From contig OY970387.1 of assembly GCA_963719485.1 (NCBI GenBank), positions 1,899,717 to 1,963,716 of the forward strand: 64,000 nucleotides of DNA. Direction: 5' to 3'. A program made the position numbers and the translations under genes. This document shows positions 18,805 to 29,378 of the stretch, in pieces (within the stretch, counting starts at the first letter, position 1; each line of letters opens with the position of its first letter). The stretch is from an uncultured Acidimicrobiaceae bacterium (GTDB lineage Bacteria > Actinomycetota > Acidimicrobiia > Acidimicrobiales > RAAP-2). Below the pieces are notes generated by a model, which saw only the letters and a list, made by a program, of their open reading frames with translations, did not search any database and was not told where the DNA came from.

Positions 18805-19659
18805 TCACGATGGTGCGCGACGAAAGACGTAGCTTGCCGCAGTTGTCGCACGGTCGTCGTTTCCTTCATCGTGGACCGTAAGTTGAACGCCGATGCGACC
18901 CGACCCGTCCGAGCCGGTCAGGACCGAACCTTGACACCGGAAGGGACCGACCTTCCCTCGAGCGAGGAACATGACGTGCACGCTATCCACTTGGAGTGCT
19001 GCGTCGCCCGCATACGCCGTTGCCAGTTCGACCGCCGCCGTCTCGAGAAGGATGTGTTGTGGCCCCAGGTGCAGGGCAGCATCTGGGGACGCCAGCTCTT
19101 CCCGAAGCTCGGGAAGCACCCAATGCCCGTCGTTGCGCCGGGTTGCTCCGAAGACTTCCCAGAGTGGAGGCAGCTCTGGCGAGTCTTCAATGTGCATGAC
19201 CGGGTCATCTTCGAAGCGTTGTAAGCCCGGAGGCACTTCTCCGATGGAGGCCCCCTGAGCATCGACGAGCGCAATGACCCGATCGTGGTTTTCGGCATCC
19301 ACGATGGACGCTCGGCTGAAACCCATCCGCTGACCGCGCTTCAAGCTGACCGCTCCGATCACGTCGACCCTCTTGACGTCGCGGGCGTCATCGATGATCT
19401 GCAGCGAGTGGATCACGGGATTCGGGACGTTTTCGAGGTCCGAACCGGTCGCACCACCGGGGCAGATGATGGCGAGGGGAGCAGCCATGACCCCACCGGC
19501 GGGGTTTCGCATGTCATGACGAAGCGTCACGGCGCCGTCCTCGACGACGTTCATGGAGGAGAACCGGCGGCCGATGTAGCGGTAGCTGAGGAGAGCGCCC
19601 CACCGTTTGCGGAGCTCGTCCCAGTAGTCAGCGTCGGGGACTTCTCGAATGTCCTGCAT
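18805..19659 (-). CDS. hypothetical protein, possible tandem hotdog-fold (thioesterase-like)
   Basis: The ATG (MQDIREV) lies within ORF 18805..19824. It has 'NPAGGVMAAPLAIICPGG' and a second hotdog-like half. The function call is tentative. Confidence 0.6.
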   Translation of the reverse strand: MQDIREVPDADYWDELRKRWGALLSYRYIGRRFSSMNVVEDGAVTLRHDMRNPAGGVMAAPLAIICPGGATGSDLENVPNPVIHSLQIIDDARDVKRVDVIGAVSLKRGQRMGFSRASIVDAENHDRVIALVDAQGASIGEVPPGLQRFEDDPVMHIEDSPELPPLWEVFGATRRNDGHWVLPELREELASPDAALHLGPQHILLETAAVELATAYAGDAALQVDSVHVMFLARGKVGPFRCQGSVLTGSDGSGRIGVQLTVHDEGNDDRATTAASYVFRRAPS

Positions 19660-19808
19660 CTGCCCAGGATACAAGGAATCTGGACGACTGACCAGATTTC
19701 TCTGGACAATCGTCCATAGAAGCGGATAGTCTGACCTCGAGAGTTCCCACCCCTGGTGGAAAGACGAAAGGGACGACGGATGACCTACGTCAAGGGCGTG
19801 ACTGGGTA

Positions 19809-21005
19809 GTGGGTCGCCTCGCATTTCCTGTTTTCGACGCCGACAACCACCTCTACGAGACGCGAGAGGCCCTCACGAAGTACCTGCCGGAGGCGCGAGC
19901 CGGCGCTATCGACTTCGTCGACGTGCACGGGCGCACCAAGATCACCGTCAACGGGCAGATCAGCAACTACATCCCGAATCCGACCTTCGATCGAGTCGGA
20001 CGACCCGGTGCGATGGCCAGCTACTTCAGGGACGGCAATCCGGAAGGAAAGTCATACCGGGAGATCGTCGGGCACGGGATTGATTGCCCAGACGCGTTTC
20101 GCAATGCATCGGCACGACTCGAGTTGATGGATGAGCAGGGCATCGATTTCGCGATGATGTACCCAACGCTGGCCAGCCTGATCGAAGAACGGATGCGAGA
20201 CGACCCGGATCTTTGCGCAGACGCCGTCCACGCCCTGAACCGATGGATGACCGAAGCGTGGCCGTACGTCTTCGAGGGGCGGATTTTCGCGACCCCGGTC
20301 ATCGCAACGGGTCTCGTCGATCGTGCACTCAGGGAACTGGACTACGTGGTGGAGCATGGAGCTCGAGCCGTACTCGTTCGACCGGCGCCAGCCTGGGGTT
20401 ATCGCGGTCCTCGTTCGTTTGCGCTCCCAGAATTCGATCCTCTGTGGAAAAGGGTCGAGGAGGCGGGACTCGTTGTCGTTCTTCACGCCTCCGACAGCGG
20501 CTATGTCCGTTACACCAACGAGTGGGATGGTCAAACCGGAGAAGCCCTCGCGTTCGGCGACGCCAGTCTGTTCTCAATGGTGGTCGAAGGTGACTACCGA
20601 GCGATTCGGGATGCAGCAACGTCGGTCATCTGTCACGGGATGCTCGAGAGATTTCCGAAGCTCCGACTGCTGATGGTCGAGAATGGCGGCGGCTGGGTGC
20701 CACACCTTCTCGAAACGCTTGACCACGGCTATCAGCGAGCTCCCCATCGTTACGCCGAACACCCAGCGGAGACGTTCAAGGGGCACTTCTGGATGCATCC
20801 CTTCCACGAAGAGGATCCCCGGATGCTCGTGAACCTCCTCGGCGCGGACCGCGTTGTGTTCGGGTCCGATTTTCCGCACATCGAAGGACTGGCCGATCCG
20901 GTGTCGTGGGTGAAGGAATTGGATGGATTGCCAGAGGACCAGGTGCAGCTCGTCATGGGGGGGAACATGCTGAATCTGTTCGGTATCGAGACCGCAGGTG
21001 TCTGA
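19809..21005 (+). CDS. amidohydrolase_2 family protein
   Basis: 398 aa with a GTG start. It has 'VFDADNHLYE' and a C-terminal 'VVFGSDFPHIEG'. Confidence 0.88.
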   Translation: MGRLAFPVFDADNHLYETREALTKYLPEARAGAIDFVDVHGRTKITVNGQISNYIPNPTFDRVGRPGAMASYFRDGNPEGKSYREIVGHGIDCPDAFRNASARLELMDEQGIDFAMMYPTLASLIEERMRDDPDLCADAVHALNRWMTEAWPYVFEGRIFATPVIATGLVDRALRELDYVVEHGARAVLVRPAPAWGYRGPRSFALPEFDPLWKRVEEAGLVVVLHASDSGYVRYTNEWDGQTGEALAFGDASLFSMVVEGDYRAIRDAATSVICHGMLERFPKLRLLMVENGGGWVPHLLETLDHGYQRAPHRYAEHPAETFKGHFWMHPFHEEDPRMLVNLLGADRVVFGSDFPHIEGLADPVSWVKELDGLPEDQVQLVMGGNMLNLFGIETAGV

Positions 21006-21029
21006 GCAGAAACTCCGCAAAGGTCTCCC

Positions 21030-22502
21030 GTGACCGACAACCTCGGCACACTCCTGACGGACCATCCGTTCGAGGATGACCGTGACCTCCTGTGCACGTT
21101 GGATGCGGTGCAGTCGGCCGGCGAGGCTCGGGCGGCTGCGCGCGAGACGGCGGACGCCCTTCGCGCATCCGGTGTCGTACCGGGCCAGGGCGTCGCGGTC
21201 AAGCTTCCGAGTAGTCCAGAACTGGTGACGACGATGGCAGGCATCTGGCTGGCGGGGGCGGTATTCGTTCCGCTCAACGACCGATCGCCGGATGCGGAGA
21301 TCACCCACATCATTCGAACCATCCGGCCTAAGGCGGTTGTCGACGAGACGGGAATCCATCCCCTCGAGGATCCGCTGTCCCACGACGCTGAGGTCGCGTT
21401 CGTGACGTGGACGTCTGGCACCACGGGCCCGCCGAAGGCGATCCTGCAGACCCACAGCGGATACCTGGAGCTTCTTGACCGAGTGCTCCAACCGTTGCGC
21501 GAATCGGGCAGTGCGGCTGGAGGCGGGGCGAAACCAACGGGGAAAGTGCGAGAGCCCAGTCCCAATCTGGTGCCGGTCTCGATCGCACTCAACGCGGGTA
21601 TCTACAACGTCTGCTTCGGGTTGCGGGCCGGCGCCGCCCTCGTCCTCATGCCCCGCTTTTCGACCAGGGACTTTGCCACTCTGATCAGTCGCTATCAGAT
21701 CCGTTCGACGGTGTTGCCACCGGCGGCGATGGTGATGCTGGCCACAGACCCCGAGGTCACGGACCTCACCCCCCTTCACTACGTCCGAAGTATCACGGCT
21801 CCGCTTTCTCCACCTGCGGCCCGCCGCTTCATGGAACGCTTTGGCACGACCGTCCTGAATAGCTACGGACAGGCGGAAGTCGGTGAGGTCATCGGCTGGA
21901 CGGCGGCGGATGCCAGAGAGCATCCAGACAAGTTGGGTGCGGCGGGCCGTCCACTCCCGGGGGTCGACATCCGCGTGGTCGATCAGGGTAACCGGGACGT
22001 CGAGACGAACGGAGTGGGAGAGCTCCTGGTTCGCCCCCCTCGTATGGCCGCGGGCTACGCGGGTGGCGAATCCCTCTCTGACCGGGTGGACTCGCAAGGG
22101 TTTGTCCGAACGGGAGACCACGCCCGACTCGATCCGGAGGGATTCGTGTGGATAGAGGGACGTAGCTCGGACCTCATCAATCGAGGCGGGAACAAGGTCT
22201 TTCCGGACCAAGTCGAGGAAGTTCTGCGCCTCGTTCCGGGTGTTGTGGATGTGGCGGTGGTCGGACGATCGGACGAACGACTGGGCCAGGTCCCGGTGGC
22301 CGTCGTGGTGGGAGATGCCAGTGCCGACGCGCTTGAGCGCGCGTGCCGGGCGGAGTTGGCACCCTACAAAGTACCTGTTGCGTTCGAACGGGCCACATCG
22401 TTGCCTCGCAGTGAGGTCGGCAAGATCCTGCGCAAGGACGTGGCGGCAACCCTGACACCAGGGTCCAGTGGTCTGGCCTCCGAATCAGAAGGGAACGACT
22501 GA
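21030..22502 (+). CDS. AMP-dependent acyl-CoA synthetase/ligase
   Basis: 490 aa with 'VTWTSGTTGPPKAILQTH', 'FVRTGDHA' and 'GRSSDLINRGGNKV'. Confidence 0.9.
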   Translation: MTDNLGTLLTDHPFEDDRDLLCTLDAVQSAGEARAAARETADALRASGVVPGQGVAVKLPSSPELVTTMAGIWLAGAVFVPLNDRSPDAEITHIIRTIRPKAVVDETGIHPLEDPLSHDAEVAFVTWTSGTTGPPKAILQTHSGYLELLDRVLQPLRESGSAAGGGAKPTGKVREPSPNLVPVSIALNAGIYNVCFGLRAGAALVLMPRFSTRDFATLISRYQIRSTVLPPAAMVMLATDPEVTDLTPLHYVRSITAPLSPPAARRFMERFGTTVLNSYGQAEVGEVIGWTAADAREHPDKLGAAGRPLPGVDIRVVDQGNRDVETNGVGELLVRPPRMAAGYAGGESLSDRVDSQGFVRTGDHARLDPEGFVWIEGRSSDLINRGGNKVFPDQVEEVLRLVPGVVDVAVVGRSDERLGQVPVAVVVGDASADALERACRAELAPYKVPVAFERATSLPRSEVGKILRKDVAATLTPGSSGLASESEGND

Positions 22503-23752
22503 TGAGCGAAGGGGCAATCACCGGAGAGGGGATTGAGCGACTGCGCGCTCGGATCGGCATTCCCGAGCCCCATACGGTGACGAGACCGCGTTACGCAAGA
22601 CCGAACGTCGATGCGTTTCGGCACGTTGCCGAGGCCTATGGCGATGACAATCCCCTCTGGTCCGATGAGGACTACGCCGCCGGGACCGTCTGGGGCGGGA
22701 TCGTCGCACCTCCGCCCCTCGTCGGTGGTGACTCCCTGATCGGGTTCGATGAGGTCACACGGGTTCCGGAGGAGCATCGCGAGCTCATGAAGGGTGATCC
22801 TCTGCGCGGAGTGCACGCCTTTTACTCTGCAAGCGCACGCGAGTGGTGGGCCCCACTGCGTCCCGATCGGTGTATCAGCCGCCGAAATGCGCTGGTGGGC
22901 GTCCTCGACAAGCCCAGCGAGTTCGCCGGCCGCGCTGTCCACGAGTGGATGGCACAGGTCTTTCGCGAAGACGATGGTCCGGCACTTTCGGCGCAATATC
23001 GACTGATGATCCGCACGGAACGAACCAAGGCTCGGGAGCGGAAGAAGAACGATGCGCTCGATCTGAAGCCCTACACCGAGAAGGAAATCGAGGCGATCGA
23101 CTCGCAGTACGCCGTTGAAGGCCCCCGAGGGGGCGAATCGCGGTGGTGGGAGGAGGTCAAGGTCGGTGACCGCGTAGGCCCGATGGTCAAGGGCCCGATG
23201 ACCGTCACGGACATGGTGTGCTGGCACGCAGGCGTCGGGATGGGGCTGTATGACGTGAAGCCCCTGCGTCTGGGTTACAAGAATCGAATGCGCATTCCTC
23301 GCTTTTATCAGCGTGACGACCTCAACGTGCCGGACGTCATGCAGCGAGTCCACTGGGATCCTGAATTCGCGCGTCGTGCCGGCAACCCGACCACCTTCGA
23401 CTACGGGCGAATGCGCGAGACGTGGCTAATCCATCTCTGCACCGACTGGATGGGAGACGACGCCTGGTTGTGGAAGCTCGATTGCGAGTTCCGGAAGTTC
23501 AATTTCGTCGGAGACACGCAATGGCTTTCGGGCATCGTCACCAATCACTATCTGACAGAAGCGAACCAGACGGCCGTTGACATCGATCTGTCGGCAGTGA
23601 ACCAGAGAGGTGAAGTCACGACACCCGGTCACGCCACGATCTTGTTGCCGAGCCGACAGTTTGGGGCCGTCGAGCTTCCCCGCCCCCCGGGTCCGAGCGA
23701 CGACCTGGAAGACGTCTTGACCGCTATCAGTGAGAGGTACGTGTCGCAATGA
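22502..23752 (+). CDS. MaoC-like (R)-hydratase/dehydratase, double hotdog type
   Basis: 416 aa. The N-terminal 'FRHVAEAYGDDNPLWSDEDYA' is typical of the FAS1/MaoC dehydratase N-domain. Its ATG overlaps the upstream TGA. Confidence 0.8.
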   Translation: MSEGAITGEGIERLRARIGIPEPHTVTRPRYARPNVDAFRHVAEAYGDDNPLWSDEDYAAGTVWGGIVAPPPLVGGDSLIGFDEVTRVPEEHRELMKGDPLRGVHAFYSASAREWWAPLRPDRCISRRNALVGVLDKPSEFAGRAVHEWMAQVFREDDGPALSAQYRLMIRTERTKARERKKNDALDLKPYTEKEIEAIDSQYAVEGPRGGESRWWEEVKVGDRVGPMVKGPMTVTDMVCWHAGVGMGLYDVKPLRLGYKNRMRIPRFYQRDDLNVPDVMQRVHWDPEFARRAGNPTTFDYGRMRETWLIHLCTDWMGDDAWLWKLDCEFRKFNFVGDTQWLSGIVTNHYLTEANQTAVDIDLSAVNQRGEVTTPGHATILLPSRQFGAVELPRPPGPSDDLEDVLTAISERYVSQ

Positions 23753-24573
23753 ACATGGCCGATGGAGAAGAGGCTTATCGGTCGATCGAGGGGCTCTACA
23801 TCGAGCGTCGAGGTCCGGTCCTGGAATTCGTGATCGATCGTCAGAAGAAGCGCAATGCGCTTACCGATCCCATAGTGGCGTCCATGATCGGGGCGCTTTC
23901 GGCCGCCGGACCTGATGAGTCCATCCGCGTGATCGTGATCCGGGGTGCCGGCGATCACTTCTGCGCCGGCTTTGACATCGTGGGTCGCAACGCAGGTGAT
24001 CGGCGTCCCAGAGTCGGCAGCATCCAGCGCCGCCTTCCCACAGAAGCGCACCGATTGATCGAGTTGCTGCTGACCGTCCAAACGCCGGTCGTCTGCCGCG
24101 TCCAGGGGTGGGCGGCCGGCATAGGTCTTCATCTCGCTCTTGCCGCCGACTTCTCCGTCGTCGACGAAATGGCGAACTTTTGGGAACCCTATGCCCAGCG
24201 TGGCTTCACGCCGGATACGGGTGGGAGCTGGCTGCTGCCGCGTCGCATCGGTGAGGTGCGCGCCAGGAGGATGCTCCTGCTTGGAGAGCGGGTCTCGGGC
24301 GCAGAAGCTGCAACATGGGGGATGGTGGATCGGGCCGTGCCAGCGGAGCGCCTGGACGACGAAGTGCAGGCCTTGGTCGATCAGCTGGCCGCAGGTCCCA
24401 CGGTGACACTCGGCCTCACCAAATGGATGTTGGAGGCCAGCTCGACAGCGACCGTTCCCGAGCAACTCCAAAACGAGGCATTGGCCATGGAGCTGTCCTC
24501 ACGAAGCGAAGACTTTCGCGAGGGCCTGGCCGCGTTCGTGGAGAAGCGATCTCCGACATTCGCCGGAAGATGA
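23749..24573 (+). CDS. enoyl-CoA hydratase/isomerase (crotonase) family protein
   Basis: 274 aa with 'VIVIRGAGDHFCAGFDI' and 'REGLAAFVEKRSPTF'. Confidence 0.9.
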   Translation: MNMADGEEAYRSIEGLYIERRGPVLEFVIDRQKKRNALTDPIVASMIGALSAAGPDESIRVIVIRGAGDHFCAGFDIVGRNAGDRRPRVGSIQRRLPTEAHRLIELLLTVQTPVVCRVQGWAAGIGLHLALAADFSVVDEMANFWEPYAQRGFTPDTGGSWLLPRRIGEVRARRMLLLGERVSGAEAATWGMVDRAVPAERLDDEVQALVDQLAAGPTVTLGLTKWMLEASSTATVPEQLQNEALAMELSSRSEDFREGLAAFVEKRSPTFAGR

Positions 24574-25874
24574 GCGGGGCCGACACAAGCGCTGCGGATG
24601 GCCATGTACAAGTCGACGGCTCCATGGCCGCGGACGAAGTACGGCGGATCGTGCGGGCGTGGTTGGACACTCACATGCCTTCGACCTGGCTCGAGGCGGG
24701 CCGACGCGGTGGGCCGATCGAGGTCCGCACCGTGCGTTCGCGGGCGGAGTACGAAGCGTGGTACCCCGTGTTCGGCTTGTCTGGTCTCGTGGTCCCGACC
24801 TGGCCTGTCGAGTATGGCGGTCTGGATCTCGTACCCGATATCGCCCGGGCCATTGACCAAGAGCTCAGGCCCTTCAACCTTGGTCGACTGAACCCACTGG
24901 GGCTGAATCTGGCCGCGCCGGCCCTGTTTGCCCACGGCACGGAGGAGCAGCGACTCCGCTATCTGCCGCCGATCGTGCGCAATGAGGAGCGCTGGTGCCA
25001 ACTCTTCAGTGAGCCCGGATCCGGCTCCGATCTGGCCTCCTTGTCGACCCGCGCTGAACGGGACGGAGAAGAGTGGGTCGTCACCGGGCAGAAGGTGTGG
25101 ACGACGTGGGCACACCGCTCCACGCATGCCGTTCTCCTGGCCCGCACCAACCCTGACGTCCCAAAACGGGAGGGGATCACGTATTTCCTGATCGATCTCC
25201 GCCAGCAGGGCGTCGATGTCCGGCCGCTCCGCCATATGGGTGGGGAGATCGACTTCAACGAGGTGTTCCTGGACGGCGCCCGCATTCCCGATGCACAGCG
25301 CGTTGGTGCGGTTGGCAACGGCTGGAAGGTGGCCAACGCCACCCTCTCGGGTGAGCGTCAGATGGTCTCTGGAGCTGGGTCGGGCGGCGTTGACCGCATT
25401 GGTGGATCGGGCGCCGATGCCCTGGTCCGCCTGGCGAAGCGCATCACTGCCGATGGCCACCCCGGCGGCTGGGACGATCAGGTCCGACGACAGTCCGTGA
25501 TCCACCTCTGGTGCGAGGAACAGATTCGTGGCTGGACCAATCAGCGCGTTCGGGCGCAACTGCAAGCCGGCCGCTCGCCCGGGCCCGAGAGCTCCATTGG
25601 CAAGGTCCACCAGGGCGAGCTCAATCAGCGGATCCAACTTCTGGCGGTGGACATGCTGGGTGCCGCTGCGACCGCATGGCCTAGTTGCGGGGAATCGTGG
25701 GCCGAGTCTCTTCCGTACGAGGTCAGAGGCATGTTTCGCAGCCGGGCCAACACTATCGAGGGAGGCACCACCGAGGTCAACAAGAACATCCTGGGTGAGC
25801 GAGTCCTCGGACTGCCTCGCGAGACCGATCCCTGGTCGAAGACACCCTGGCGAGACATCCCCCGCAGCGGATGA
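24570..25874 (+). CDS. acyl-CoA dehydrogenase
   Basis: The ATG at 24570 (ATGA overlap) lies within ORF 24315..25874. It has 'WCQLFSEPGSGSDLASL', 'GQKVWTTWAH' and 'IEGGTTEVNKNILGERVLGLP'. Confidence 0.9.
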   Translation: MSGADTSAADGHVQVDGSMAADEVRRIVRAWLDTHMPSTWLEAGRRGGPIEVRTVRSRAEYEAWYPVFGLSGLVVPTWPVEYGGLDLVPDIARAIDQELRPFNLGRLNPLGLNLAAPALFAHGTEEQRLRYLPPIVRNEERWCQLFSEPGSGSDLASLSTRAERDGEEWVVTGQKVWTTWAHRSTHAVLLARTNPDVPKREGITYFLIDLRQQGVDVRPLRHMGGEIDFNEVFLDGARIPDAQRVGAVGNGWKVANATLSGERQMVSGAGSGGVDRIGGSGADALVRLAKRITADGHPGGWDDQVRRQSVIHLWCEEQIRGWTNQRVRAQLQAGRSPGPESSIGKVHQGELNQRIQLLAVDMLGAAATAWPSCGESWAESLPYEVRGMFRSRANTIEGGTTEVNKNILGERVLGLPRETDPWSKTPWRDIPRSG

Positions 25875-26722
25875 GCTACGAATCGCTCTTGGTCGAGCGT
25901 CGCGGCGCAGTCGGCTGGTTGATCTTCAACCGGCCCAGTGCGGGCAACGCCATGGACGCGCAAATGCTGGACGATCTCGAGGCCGCGTGGCTCGAACTCG
26001 ACCGTGATCCTTCCGTTCGCGTCATTGTGAACACCGGCGAGGGCAGGGCATTCCAGACCGGTCTTGATGTGGTCCAACTGGCTCGCCAACCCGAAGCGCT
26101 CCGCAAGCAATCCTGTCGGACGCGTCGGTCCGAACTCAAGATGACGGCGTGGCACAACCAGGTGTGGAAGCCCGTGGTCTGTGCGGTGAACGGGACCTGC
26201 GCCGGCGGCGGCCTGCACTTCGTGGCCGATGCCGACGTCGTGCTCGCGGCGTCCGACGCCACCTTCCTCGATCCTCACGTGTCCGTCGGGCAGGTGACAG
26301 CCTTCGAGGCGATCGGCCTGGCCCGGAAAATGCCGTTTGAGGCCGTTATGCGCATGGCTCTGTTGGGGCGCCACGAGCGGCTGAGTGCCCAACGGGCTCA
26401 TTCCCTGGGGATGGTCAGCCAGGTCGTTGACCCACCCGAGGAGCTGCGCGAGAGGGCCCAGGGTCTGGCTGAGCTGATAGCGGAAGGATCGCCTGCGGCC
26501 ATGGCGGCGACCAAGCGTGCCCTCTGGGGCGCCCTCGAGGCCGGGCTGACCGACGCTTGTAAGGCCGGAGCCAAAGAGCTGGTCTCCATGTGGGGACACC
26601 CGGACCAGGAGGAGGGCCCAAGGGCTTTCGCCGAGAAACGGAGCCCCAAGTGGCAACCGCTCGAGTCCCGGCTCACATCACCTGCAGGCCTCAAACCAAC
26701 CACAGGAAAGATGGAGGCGTGA
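25871..26722 (+). CDS. crotonase-fold protein (enoyl-CoA hydratase family), paralog A
   Basis: 283 aa with 'GEGRAFQTGLDV' and 'CAGGGLHFVADADVVLAA'. ATGA overlap with the upstream gene. Confidence 0.88.
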   Translation: MSYESLLVERRGAVGWLIFNRPSAGNAMDAQMLDDLEAAWLELDRDPSVRVIVNTGEGRAFQTGLDVVQLARQPEALRKQSCRTRRSELKMTAWHNQVWKPVVCAVNGTCAGGGLHFVADADVVLAASDATFLDPHVSVGQVTAFEAIGLARKMPFEAVMRMALLGRHERLSAQRAHSLGMVSQVVDPPEELRERAQGLAELIAEGSPAAMAATKRALWGALEAGLTDACKAGAKELVSMWGHPDQEEGPRAFAEKRSPKWQPLESRLTSPAGLKPTTGKMEA

Positions 26723-27543
26723 TGTCATATCCGACGCTCGACACGCTGCTGCTGGAGCGACGAGGTCCGGTTGGTTGGTTGATCAACAACCGGCCCGACC
26801 GATTGAACGCGATGAACTCGCACATGCGTGATGAGTTCGAGCTCGCATGGAAGGCGCTCGACGCTGACTCCGAGGTGAGAGTCATCGTCCACACGGGCGA
26901 GGGTCGGGCGTTCCAGACGGGTGTTGACGTCATGGAGATCGCCGAGGACGGAATCGGATTCGAGCGCTACCGCGAGTCCACCGAGAAGTTCGACTACCGG
27001 TTCACGGCGTGGCACAACCATGTCTGGAAGCCCGTCATCACGGCGGTGAACGGCATCTGTGCGGGCGGCGGGTTTCACTGGGTGGCTGAGGCCGACATCG
27101 TCATCGCCGCCTCGGACGCACAGTTCTTTGACCCACACGTCTCCGTCGGCCAAGTCGTTGCCATGGAGGCAATCGGCTTGACTCGAAAGATTCCATTCGA
27201 GGCAGTCATGCGGATGGCCCTCGTCGGACGACACGAACGACTCACGGCTGAGCGGGCGTTCGGCCTCGGAATGATCAGTCAAATTGTCGATCCGCCGGCA
27301 GACCTCCGCGACGTGGCACAGACATTGGCTGAGAAGATCGCCCAGAACTCACCCGCAGCCATGGCGGCAACGAAACGCGCCCTCTGGGGAGCCCTCGAGG
27401 CGGGGCTGACCGACGCCTGCAAGGCCGGGGCCAAAGAGCTGGTCTCCATGTGGGGTCATCCCGACCAGGAAGAGGGACCGCGTGCATTTGCCGAGAAACG
27501 GCCCCCGAACTGGCAGCCCATCGCCCCGAGTGTCGACGCCTGA
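26722..27543 (+). CDS. crotonase-fold protein (enoyl-CoA hydratase family), paralog B
   Basis: The ATG at 26722 lies within ORF 26590..27543. It is a tandem paralog of the preceding gene. Confidence 0.88.
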   Translation: MSYPTLDTLLLERRGPVGWLINNRPDRLNAMNSHMRDEFELAWKALDADSEVRVIVHTGEGRAFQTGVDVMEIAEDGIGFERYRESTEKFDYRFTAWHNHVWKPVITAVNGICAGGGFHWVAEADIVIAASDAQFFDPHVSVGQVVAMEAIGLTRKIPFEAVMRMALVGRHERLTAERAFGLGMISQIVDPPADLRDVAQTLAEKIAQNSPAAMAATKRALWGALEAGLTDACKAGAKELVSMWGHPDQEEGPRAFAEKRPPNWQPIAPSVDA

Positions 27544-27720
27544 AACGTTGATCGTGTCCACCAGGCGAGAAGGAGCCCGAGGGATCCTGCGCATTGAGAC
27601 GCTCGCTCCGTGCGATTGCTCCAAGACGAGCATCGGGCCAGCGACCAGGGAAGCAGAGCCTTGCCGTCGCTCCAAGGTGTGGCGTTTCTGGTGCATTGCT
27701 AGAGCGTCAGGAACACGCGC

Positions 27721-29274
27721 GTGAACGCGCCGTTGACTATTCCGGCGGCGCTCGCCCGGGCTGCCTCCGAGTTTGGCGCTGAAGAGGCGGTAGTCGACGG
27801 CGATACTCGCTGGACTTTCGAGGAGCTCTACGAGGAATCACAAATGGTGGCGTCTGCTCTGCTGGCACGCGGGGTGGCACCGGGCGACCGCGTCGCCTTG
27901 TGGTCACCCAACAGCGCCCGGTGGATTGCTGCGAGTTTCGGCGTATATCTGGCGGGTGCCGTCCTCGTCCCGGTCAACACCCGGTTCAAGGGTCTGGAGG
28001 CTGCACACGTCCTGGGTCGGTCGGGCGTCCGCCTCTTGCTGGCCAGCACCGACAGTGTCGGAGTCGATCTGATCGAACTGCTGGGTGACATCGACGAGTT
28101 GCCAGCGCTTCAAGAGGTCGTGGTCACCGAAGGGCCCACGAGGTCACGAACGGTGTCATGGTCCGAGTTCGCCGCCGCTGGCTCCACACCCCGCCCCAAT
28201 GAATTTCCACCCGTTCTTCCCGAAGACATGTCGGACATCATCTTCACCTCGGGGACGACGGGAGCGCCCAAGGGTGCCATGCTCCACCACGGCGCAAGCG
28301 TTCGCACCTACGAAGCATGGAGCGACGCAGTCGGCCTCATGCGTGGGGATCGCTATCTCTGTGTCTACCCCTTTTTCCACACTGCGGGCCTGAAGTCGGC
28401 CATCCTGGCCTGCGTCTTGCAAGGCGCAACACTGCTCCCTCACCCAGTCTTTGATGGCGGAGTCGTGATGAAACGCGTGGTCGAAGAGCGGATCACCGTT
28501 CTCCCTGGGCCCCCCACGGTCTTCCAGTCCATCTTGGAACACCCGGACCGTTCCTTATACGACTTGTCCACGCTTCGCCTCTCTGTCACCGGCGCAGCGA
28601 CGGTGCCGGTCGAGGTCATCCGTCGCATGCGAGCCGACCTTCACATCGGCACAGTCGTGACCGGGTATGGCCTCACGGAAACGACGGGAACGGTCAGCAT
28701 GTGCCGCTACGACGATCCGCCTGAGGTCATCGCCGAGACCGTGGGAAAGCCTCTTTCAGGCGTGGCGGTGCGCATCGTGGACGATGAGGGATCCCCGCTC
28801 GCAGCTGGTCAGGCCGGAGAGATCCTGGTCAAGGGTTACAACGTCATGTCCGGGTATTTCGATGACCCGTTTGGAACGGACGCCGCCTTCGACGGCGATG
28901 GCTACTTCCGCACGGGCGATATCGGCTTCATCGGGGATGACGGCAATATCAGGATCACCGACCGTAAGAAAGACATGTTCATCGTGGGCGGTTTCAATGC
29001 CTATCCGGCTGAAATCGAAGGAATTCTCCTCACCCATCCCGCCGTCGCCCAAGTTGCTGTCGTGGGCGTGCCGGACTCCCGGTTGGGCGAAGTGGGTCGG
29101 GCCTATGTGGTCCTCCGATCGGGAACCGCGGTGGACCGGGCCTCAATCATTTCTTGGTGTCGAGGGCTGATGGCCAACTTCAAGGTTCCTCGCGAGATCC
29201 GGTTCGTCGACGAACTCCCGCTGACGGCGAGCGGAAAAGTACAGCGATTCCGCCTCCGGCCTGAGACGCAATGA
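27721..29274 (+). CDS. AMP-dependent acyl-CoA synthetase/ligase (FadD-like)
   Basis: 517 aa with a GTG start. It has 'IIFTSGTTGAPKGAMLHH', 'YFRTGDIG' and 'DRKKDMFIVGGFNAYPAEIE'. Confidence 0.9.
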   Translation: MNAPLTIPAALARAASEFGAEEAVVDGDTRWTFEELYEESQMVASALLARGVAPGDRVALWSPNSARWIAASFGVYLAGAVLVPVNTRFKGLEAAHVLGRSGVRLLLASTDSVGVDLIELLGDIDELPALQEVVVTEGPTRSRTVSWSEFAAAGSTPRPNEFPPVLPEDMSDIIFTSGTTGAPKGAMLHHGASVRTYEAWSDAVGLMRGDRYLCVYPFFHTAGLKSAILACVLQGATLLPHPVFDGGVVMKRVVEERITVLPGPPTVFQSILEHPDRSLYDLSTLRLSVTGAATVPVEVIRRMRADLHIGTVVTGYGLTETTGTVSMCRYDDPPEVIAETVGKPLSGVAVRIVDDEGSPLAAGQAGEILVKGYNVMSGYFDDPFGTDAAFDGDGYFRTGDIGFIGDDGNIRITDRKKDMFIVGGFNAYPAEIEGILLTHPAVAQVAVVGVPDSRLGEVGRAYVVLRSGTAVDRASIISWCRGLMANFKVPREIRFVDELPLTASGKVQRFRLRPETQ

Positions 29275-29378
29275 AAGTCAACGAGACCCCGATCTGGTGG
29301 CGTGGCCAAGCACACCCTGACGACTGCCCTGACAGTTACGACGCAGTGCCCAGTGACCCCGTGACATCAAACGATCGA

